Virus record (IMG/VR): IMGVR_UViG_3300025138_000017
Length of the DNA: 64,000 nucleotides
Reading direction: 5' to 3' (one strand)
Origin: an uncultured virus (IMG/VR IMGVR_UViG_3300025138_000017)
Taxonomy: Duplodnaviria; Heunggongvirae; Uroviricota; Caudoviricetes
Shown here: one piece after another, positions 57,339-64,000 of the stretch
Position numbering within the stretch: position 1 is the stretch's first letter
Layout of the letters: every line of letters begins with the position of its first letter
Notes under the pieces: generated by a model
The model's input: the letters and a program-made list of their open reading frames with translations, nothing else
Databases searched by the model: none
Told to the model about the DNA's origin: nothing
Position numbers and translations under genes: made by a program

Positions 57339-58508
57339 TTACTCTCCTTTGTTAAATTCTTCATTTGCCCTTTTTAGTGCAGCAGATACCTTAGGGTGAT
57401 CTGCTAATCCAGGCTTTATCTTATTTATAGCATTTGAAGCACCAGTCATGTTTCCACCTTTGTACCTTTTATCAAATGCCACTCCTTTTGCCATCTTAAC
57501 TTGCTTCTTAGCTATTTGCCTTCTTGCAGAGTCAAGTCCTTTGTCACGCTTGCCTTGTCTCTGATCAATTTCTTTCTCAGGATAACCTTTATGACGAGCG
57601 TTTTCTCCAGTCTGTATATCAGACTTTGCAGCTTTTTTATATTTCTGCATAGTAGATATTTTTAATTCGTTAATTTTCATTTGGTCAGACATTACACTGT
57701 CTTCTCCAAGTTTACTTTTAGCCATAGCGACTCCTTTCCTTCTCTTTTCAAGTGATTTATCTTTAACATTTGATAAGCCAACTTTCAAGTGTAGTTTTTC
57801 TTTATCAGTAATTGCTTTATTAGCTTTATTAATATAGTTTACTTTAGTGGTATCTGATAATTCATTAACTTCTACTGATTCTTGTGCTTTCTTCATTTCT
57901 GCTGGAGTAGGAGCATCTTTGTGTCCTTTAGGATTCATTTTCTCGCCACGTGCTCTTTTAGCATGGATGTTTGCCCAAAGACCATTCTTTTTCTTTGCTT
58001 CTTGTACTTCAAATGACTCTTGCTTGCCTTTACCTATATCTACTTCTTTCTTAGGTGCAATCTTAATTACTTTTCTTCCAGTAGCTGGATCAGTTGCTAT
58101 AATAGTCTTTCTATCCATTCTTCTTTGTATAGCTTCTTTCACTGCATTATCTTTAGGATTTTGTGGTCCTTTATATTTTGGATTACCTGGTATTGGTTTA
58201 ACCGCATACTTCTTAGAAGCGTTGTTAATATCTGCAGCAGATACATGAGATGGTCCTTTGACTCTCATTTTACCTGTGATTTGGTCTTTGACCATTGCTT
58301 CGCCTATCTTCTTTGGCTTAGCGTATTTAACTTTAATGCCTGAATCATGCATACCATCTATATCACTGTCATGGAATTTTTCACCTTTTTTAATTCCACC
58401 ATGTGCTTTCATCTTATCACCAACTTTAGTGACTTTGTACATGTTATTCTTTTTAGGCTTAAGCGTTACACTCATGCTCATTTCTGTAAAGTTTTTAAAT
58501 TTTTTCAT
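57339..58508 (-). CDS. Lys-rich modular late protein (internal head protein candidate)
   Basis: Modules separated by (V/I)xE sites. Confidence 0.6.
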   Translation of the reverse strand: MKKFKNFTEMSMSVTLKPKKNNMYKVTKVGDKMKAHGGIKKGEKFHDSDIDGMHDSGIKVKYAKPKKIGEAMVKDQITGKMRVKGPSHVSAADINNASKKYAVKPIPGNPKYKGPQNPKDNAVKEAIQRRMDRKTIIATDPATGRKVIKIAPKKEVDIGKGKQESFEVQEAKKKNGLWANIHAKRARGEKMNPKGHKDAPTPAEMKKAQESVEVNELSDTTKVNYINKANKAITDKEKLHLKVGLSNVKDKSLEKRRKGVAMAKSKLGEDSVMSDQMKINELKISTMQKYKKAAKSDIQTGENARHKGYPEKEIDQRQGKRDKGLDSARRQIAKKQVKMAKGVAFDKRYKGGNMTGASNAINKIKPGLADHPKVSAALKRANEEFNKGE

Positions 58509-58516
58509 ATCTATAC

Positions 58517-60283
58517 CTATTTATTGATGCTTTTTGATAGTGCATTACCAATTTTCTTAGCAGTTTTTGCACCTCTGCCAAATCTTAACATTTGATTTTT
58601 ATGTTGCTTCTCAGCAGCTTTTTGATAATCTGGATCTCTTCTATCATAGTCAGCCTTGGATCCTGCCATTGATACATTTACGTTTCTCTTATGAGCAACT
58701 TTCTTAACTAGCTCTGGTGATAGTTCTTGAATGTTGTCCATTTCTTCTTTTCGAACTTTGTAAGCTGCATCAGCTGCCATTTGTGTGTGATTATGGAAAC
58801 TTTCGTGATCCCCACCATCATAGGCCTTTTTAGCTTTCTTAATATGCTTTTGTACAGTAGGATGTTTATGATCAGCATGATCGTTCCATGTGTCGGCCAT
58901 TCTATCCATTGAAGAACTAGATTCGTTCATTTTTTCAACAGCTTCACCAATCTTCATATATCTTTTTGCTTTTTTAACTTCTGGATGACTGTCATAGTCA
59001 CTAGAAGCAGCTTTCTTATCATATACAGATGTTACTGCTTTTTTAAGACTTTTGTCCATGTCACCATGTTTAGCAATTTGTTGTCTGTATTCACTTCCAG
59101 CCATCTTTTCTTCTTGAACTGCTGCTAAATGAGAGATTAATGCTTCAGACCTAGTTTTGCTACCTCTGTATACTGATTTTGCACTTCCTAATGTAGGCTT
59201 TCTCATTGATCCAGACCTAACATAGTCTTGATCACCTTTCATTGCTTTAGCTGTTCTAACTAGAGCATTCTTTTTAGCTAATCTCTTTTTCTCTACGTCA
59301 GATAGTCTTCTGTATGCTCTCCCTTTCGATGAACTGTCCCAAGCTCTAGCTTCTTTCATTTGTTCTTCTTTAGATCCATAAGTTTCACATGGATCCTTTC
59401 CACATCCACAATTTTTAACTTTTGCTTCATTCTTAATTAATGTGTCTAATGCTTTCTTCTGATCTGCATGGGCTTTTATTGAACCCTTTAATCCCTTTGA
59501 TAGTTTCTCTAATCCAGGTTTATCATCTGCATTAACAGCTTCTTTAGCCATTGACTTAAATGTTGAATGACTATCATGAGACTTATACATTCCCATTTTA
59601 TCAGCTGGTTTAGCTGAGTCATGTTTCTTTAACCAAGATGCTGCATGTTTAGGTTTAACATTCTTAGTTGTTCCGTCTTTGAATTTTACTTGACTAGGCT
59701 TGCCATCTTTAGTATCTACGACACCTCTTAACTGAGATACAATATGAGGTAAGTCTTTCTCGCCTCTTCCCCTTTTAGGTTCAGCTTTTGGCTTTGCATC
59801 TAAATGACTATCATCAGATGTCTTATAACTTGCTGAGTCTCTTTTTGCTGCTTTAGCAGCTGGATCGCTTTTACCTTTTGAGGTGCTTAATGCTTTTTGA
59901 GCATTACTTGCTTGTCTCATTTGGAATATCTTTTGTGCTGCAACCTTTCTTTGTGCTGGAGTCATCTTAACTACTTCAGCAAGTGCATCTATTTCTGCTT
60001 CAACTTCTTCCATAATTTTTTGATTTACGTCAAGATTCATTGATCCGCCAGACTTAACAGCATCTAATCTTGGTTTAAGTATTTCACCACCTTTAACCGG
60101 AACACCATCAACAGCAACGTCTTTATCGTGTTTTTGAAAGTCTGGGTTATGGTCGTGACCAGGTGTTTGGCCTGGTGTATCTTTTGCATAGGTATCTCTT
60201 GCTTTATCAGATCCGTAATACAAATCAGACTCCTCACTTAAGATTGACCTAATTTTTTGTTCTAATGTTCTATTATCTTTCAT
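58517..60283 (-). CDS. Lys-rich modular late protein (internal head protein candidate)
   Basis: Modules separated by xxE sites; CGCGKDPC insert. Confidence 0.6.
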   Translation of the reverse strand: MKDNRTLEQKIRSILSEESDLYYGSDKARDTYAKDTPGQTPGHDHNPDFQKHDKDVAVDGVPVKGGEILKPRLDAVKSGGSMNLDVNQKIMEEVEAEIDALAEVVKMTPAQRKVAAQKIFQMRQASNAQKALSTSKGKSDPAAKAAKRDSASYKTSDDSHLDAKPKAEPKRGRGEKDLPHIVSQLRGVVDTKDGKPSQVKFKDGTTKNVKPKHAASWLKKHDSAKPADKMGMYKSHDSHSTFKSMAKEAVNADDKPGLEKLSKGLKGSIKAHADQKKALDTLIKNEAKVKNCGCGKDPCETYGSKEEQMKEARAWDSSSKGRAYRRLSDVEKKRLAKKNALVRTAKAMKGDQDYVRSGSMRKPTLGSAKSVYRGSKTRSEALISHLAAVQEEKMAGSEYRQQIAKHGDMDKSLKKAVTSVYDKKAASSDYDSHPEVKKAKRYMKIGEAVEKMNESSSSMDRMADTWNDHADHKHPTVQKHIKKAKKAYDGGDHESFHNHTQMAADAAYKVRKEEMDNIQELSPELVKKVAHKRNVNVSMAGSKADYDRRDPDYQKAAEKQHKNQMLRFGRGAKTAKKIGNALSKSINK

Positions 60284-60297
60284 ACTTTTACCTTTTA

Positions 60298-61086
60298 TTA
60301 GCAATTCCATCTTTTTCTGGCTGCTTTACCTCTATCGCTAGTCCAGCTTCTTGATCTTGAACAGAAAGCTCTTCTTCTTTTTGCAGGCTTACTGTCTTTG
60401 TCCATTTTAGAAGGCTTTGTAGTTACTGCTGTTTGCAATTTACTACCTGGGTTCCTTCGCTTATAAGCGTTTACGCCTTTTGCAGTCATTCCAGCACCTT
60501 GTTTAACTGATCTCTTATGACCAGATGAAACTGACATGCCTGACATATCCTCATATATATTTATACTTTCAAAAGACTTGTTTATTGCAATTTTGTACAT
60601 CTCGTCAACTCCTTGCATTTCATCCTTATTCTTTTGAATGTTTTGTCTAAACTGTCTATAGATTTGTTTGTCTGACGTTATCACATCTGTCATCTTTTTT
60701 AACAAATCGTATAGTTTTCTTCTTAACAATGGATCCTTAAGAGCATCTTCTTCTCTTTTTAATGCTCTAAGCATCATTACACGCTCACCTTTATTAGCTA
60801 ATCCCATTCTAAACAATTGATCCATCTTAGCTACCTTATTATCAGGTGCTTCTAATTGGAGACCCTTCCTTGGGTCAAATGGAACGCGTCCTTGCATCAT
60901 CATTTTTTCCTTTTTAGTAATTGGATCTTTCTGTTCTTTGTGCATATTTAATTTCCAATGCGCTAATTGTTTCTTTCCTTTGCTACTATTAGGATTACTC
61001 CTAATTGATTTTAACTCTGCTTTGGTAGCGTCTTTTGGTATTCCATGACTACTATATGGCTTACTAGCTTTACCACTTGGCTTCAT
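60298..61086 (-). CDS. Basic late protein
   Basis: GAGMTAKGV...NPGSKL...RR.FCSR...WNC C-terminal domain. Confidence 0.6.
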   Translation of the reverse strand: MKPSGKASKPYSSHGIPKDATKAELKSIRSNPNSSKGKKQLAHWKLNMHKEQKDPITKKEKMMMQGRVPFDPRKGLQLEAPDNKVAKMDQLFRMGLANKGERVMMLRALKREEDALKDPLLRRKLYDLLKKMTDVITSDKQIYRQFRQNIQKNKDEMQGVDEMYKIAINKSFESINIYEDMSGMSVSSGHKRSVKQGAGMTAKGVNAYKRRNPGSKLQTAVTTKPSKMDKDSKPAKRRRAFCSRSRSWTSDRGKAARKRWNC

Positions 61087-63335
61087 TACTTCTTCTTCTT
61101 CCTGTTGCCTTTTGTCTTTCTTTTTGTTTCAGGGTTAATTACAGTCTTACCTCTATGTGATCTCGTTAAGTCTGTGTCTCTTTGTCTATCGTGGACATAT
61201 CTGACATTAGGTGTCCTAACCTTTCCTTTCATTGTACTACGGTTGTTGTTTCTGTTAAGCTGTTTCATTACAGCTTTAGATGTTATTTCTCTTTCTGCAG
61301 TTTTTTTCATTTCTGCATCTGGCATATAAGCAGCACCCATTCCTTCAAATGCTTTGTTTACTTGCTCGCCAATAGAATCATCGTCTATGTTTCCAAACCT
61401 TTTAAATTGTTTTGCTTTATTTTTACCAGCTTTTCTTGCTTTAGATAAATCTTGTTCTAAATCTTTACCTTGTTTCTTGTTGAATCTTGCCCAACCTTTC
61501 CATCCACCTTCAGTAATCTCTTTTCTAAACTGCTTCATGTCTTCTTGAGCCATTTTATTAGCTGTAGCATACATTACAGTTTTAGCATCCTTACCATATT
61601 TTTTAGTAAAGTATGATGCTTTTTTCTTCATCCCTTTAACAATATCTTCTGCTTCATCTTTTTCTGCAGAAGACATTTCAGCTATTAGACGATTCACAGC
61701 GGCAAACCCACCTTGTTGAGGAGTCTGTTTGCCGTGTGGCTCGTTGTATCCTTCAATAAACTCGACAAAAAGTGTATCCAGTTCAATACCGGCCGTGTGA
61801 GCTTTTTTATCTAAAGCGGCCAATGCGTCTACCATAACGTCGACCACTTCGCTAACTTCCTTAGCTTCCCTTCTGATTTCTGCTTGTTTTTGTCTAGCAA
61901 TCTGAGCGGTAAGTTTTTCCTTCTCGATCTTATGCTGTTTACCTTGGGAGTCTACTTCTCGAGTATGCTTATCTTTGAGTTGTCCTACTCTCGGATCCGC
62001 AGCTTCGTCTCTTTGAGCTGTAGATTGATTTCCAATTTCTTGGAGTTGTTCGTTTGAGTCACTATCGGTCTCCCAGTCATTTCGAATTTCTGTGATGAAA
62101 CTTTCGAAACTGAGATTTGTATAGGATTCGTCTTTTGATTTTCTTGCTGCACGTAACCTCACTAGCTCTGCTTGTTTAACTTTTGGTAATAACCTTCTAG
62201 CAAGTTTGGTGATAAAAGGCATTTTAGTTTGCATTCTCTTATCTATAGCCATCTTTTGTGATGGAGACAGGTTAACATAATTTGCACCTTGCTTACCTGC
62301 AATTCTTTTTCTAATGAATTGTCTTGCTTGTCTTCTTGCTCTTCTTGTCAACATATCTAATGTTGCCATACGTTTCTTTTTAATCTTTCTAGCACGCATG
62401 ATTCTGAATTTGAGTCTTCTCATCTTTAATGCAGCTTTTCTTCGTTGCATTAAAGTCATTACTCTTTCATTAATCATATCTTCTTTTTCAACGTCAACAC
62501 TTACAATTTCTAATAGTTGTTCATCAGTAAGACAATTAATCTCTTCTTCTAACATATCCCAATCACTATCAATAAACTCTTCCGTAGCCTCTTTGATATG
62601 ACCTGAAATTTGTCTTGCATGTTTATGCAAGGCCTTAGGTAAGCCTGCTTTGAATGATTTGTGATCGCCTGCTTTGGCGTGGTCTCTCATTTTTGTGCCT
62701 GAGATACCTTCAGTACCATGTGAGTCTGGATCTCTATGTCCAGCAGAATGTACTGTAATTGATTTGAAGTTATAATGATCTGGATGTCCATTATATTTCT
62801 TTAATGTTGTTTCGTATTCTTTCGTTCTATCAGATCCAGCAACCATATGTAGATGACTGTGTCCATCTGCATGAGCTTTTTTTGCGTGATGTAGAAACGA
62901 TGGTGATTCTTTACTTGATCCAACTACCTTTGCACTCTTATTAATCTTTGAAAGATAATGCATTTTTTTATCTTGTGGTAGTGGATTCTTTTTGCCATCA
63001 TGGCTATGAGATGCAACCACATGAGCTTGAGCCCCTTTGCTTTTTGCTATCTCGTGTGTCTTGTTAATTAACTTTTCATGACCTGTAGTTGGAGGATTCA
63101 TTCTTCCAAATGTAAATACATGATGAGTTTCTTTAGCTTCATTAACACCTTGTCTCATCTTAGGACCTATATCCACGATGTCTTTAAGGTTTTTTGAAGG
63201 TTTTTTTAAATCAAGTTTCTTACCTTTCTTTCCAGCTTTTAATGGAGCTGGAGGGGTAACGACCATAGTTTGGCCTTGATTAGATCCAGGCTTGATACCT
63301 GTTGTTGTATAGTTTTCGTTTTTCGATGTAGGCAT
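61086..63335 (-). CDS. Cytidyltransferase-like (HIGH) domain fused to a long charged region
   Basis: FTFGRMNPPTTGHEKL, VAGSDR, SAGHRDPD, ISGTKMR. Confidence 0.85.
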   Translation of the reverse strand: MPTSKNENYTTTGIKPGSNQGQTMVVTPPAPLKAGKKGKKLDLKKPSKNLKDIVDIGPKMRQGVNEAKETHHVFTFGRMNPPTTGHEKLINKTHEIAKSKGAQAHVVASHSHDGKKNPLPQDKKMHYLSKINKSAKVVGSSKESPSFLHHAKKAHADGHSHLHMVAGSDRTKEYETTLKKYNGHPDHYNFKSITVHSAGHRDPDSHGTEGISGTKMRDHAKAGDHKSFKAGLPKALHKHARQISGHIKEATEEFIDSDWDMLEEEINCLTDEQLLEIVSVDVEKEDMINERVMTLMQRRKAALKMRRLKFRIMRARKIKKKRMATLDMLTRRARRQARQFIRKRIAGKQGANYVNLSPSQKMAIDKRMQTKMPFITKLARRLLPKVKQAELVRLRAARKSKDESYTNLSFESFITEIRNDWETDSDSNEQLQEIGNQSTAQRDEAADPRVGQLKDKHTREVDSQGKQHKIEKEKLTAQIARQKQAEIRREAKEVSEVVDVMVDALAALDKKAHTAGIELDTLFVEFIEGYNEPHGKQTPQQGGFAAVNRLIAEMSSAEKDEAEDIVKGMKKKASYFTKKYGKDAKTVMYATANKMAQEDMKQFRKEITEGGWKGWARFNKKQGKDLEQDLSKARKAGKNKAKQFKRFGNIDDDSIGEQVNKAFEGMGAAYMPDAEMKKTAEREITSKAVMKQLNRNNNRSTMKGKVRTPNVRYVHDRQRDTDLTRSHRGKTVINPETKRKTKGNRKKKK

Positions 63336-63419
63336 AAAGGTTTCCCGTAGGCTAACTTATTGTTAATTTAATTACTTACCAACACTTTCGTGGCTCTATA
63401 GGTATGTAATTGCCGCTAT

Positions 63420-63427
63420 TATTTATA
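63420..63427 (-). promoter_or_regulatory. T4-type late promoter
   Basis: TATAAATA upstream of the cytidyltransferase gene. Confidence 0.7.
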
Positions 63428-63434
63428 ATAACTT

Positions 63435-63998
63435 TTATCTTCTGAAGTCTGATTGCCAGCCTTTAATTACGTCATCACTAAAGTTTGCGTAACTAAATTC
63501 CAGTCTATCAACTAACTTCACAGAATTCTTACTTATTTTGTCTGTAGCAACAAATCCTTCTTGACCTGTTACTTTCCATCCGTCTGCAGTTTTTAAGAAT
63601 GTCTTAATAAAACCTGCACTACTTAATTTTTTAATTATTAGTTTTTTTGCTTTTTGTAAACTATAATATAAATGGAACACTGACACTAATTCGTTTTTAG
63701 GTACAGACATAATTGGACTAATTGCTTCTTTCATTAGTTCTTGTTGTTTTGCTTTACCAGCTGCTGTCTTTCTTTTATCAATTTCTTTTTTAAACTTGGC
63801 CATAATAAACTCTGGAAGGCCTGCTGCAGCTTCCTCAGCTGTTGGAGTGACATTGTTTCTAATAAAGGCATTAGTGTATGTTGTACAAAATGCTGCAATA
63901 TATGGATCATTTAACTTTGTAAATGTATCTCTGCTAATATATCTAAAATGTGTACCTATGTTTGTTAATTCTTTATCTATTTGATTAGTCTCTGCTTT
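63435..63998 (-). CDS. C-terminal part of a conserved T4-like protein (5' end outside the window)
   Basis: Frame is open to the window edge; EGFVA...VKLVDRLEFS motif. Confidence 0.75.
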   Translation of the reverse strand, partial: KAETNQIDKELTNIGTHFRYISRDTFTKLNDPYIAAFCTTYTNAFIRNNVTPTAEEAAAGLPEFIMAKFKKEIDKRKTAAGKAKQQELMKEAISPIMSVPKNELVSVFHLYYSLQKAKKLIIKKLSSAGFIKTFLKTADGWKVTGQEGFVATDKISKNSVKLVDRLEFSYANFSDDVIKGWQSDFRR

Positions 63999-64000
63999 GG

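Noticed and set aside
1..64000. Stop-codon reassignment
   Set aside because: Core genes are full length under code 11 and end in TAA, TAG or TGA; no suppressor tRNA is present.

Overview
About 64 kb of an AT-rich T4-like (Tevenvirinae/Kyanoviridae-type) myophage genome, most likely marine. Its auxiliary genes point to a heterotrophic proteobacterial host (inference). Core replication and late genes are gp32, gp59, gp33, RNase H, exonuclease, nrdA/nrdB, gp61 primase and denV. Other blocks are a glycosyltransferase/QueC/2OG-oxygenase cluster, redox and respiration genes (flavodoxin, IscU/IscA, glutaredoxin, peroxiredoxin, Coq4-like, AOX, cytochrome c), a late-promoter curli-type (CsgF/CsgG/curlin-repeat) operon with FecR, a TTL-like ligase and a CHASE2 adenylate cyclase, ribosomal protein bS21, an early accessory region full of consensus sigma70 promoters, a spanin/lipase lysis block, and late virion/internal-head genes. 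Four features stand out. (1) A ~680-nt early transcription unit with two paralogous acidic proteins whose mRNA is almost free of cytosine (7 C in 681 nt). (2) A ~490-nt promoter-to-terminator, hairpin-rich non-coding RNA. (3) A complete tRNA-Ala(UGC) embedded in frame inside a protein-coding gene. (4) Two helically phased repeat arrays flanking overlapping divergent promoters, which may be a replication origin or an sRNA. All calls come from reading the sequence; no database searches were run.
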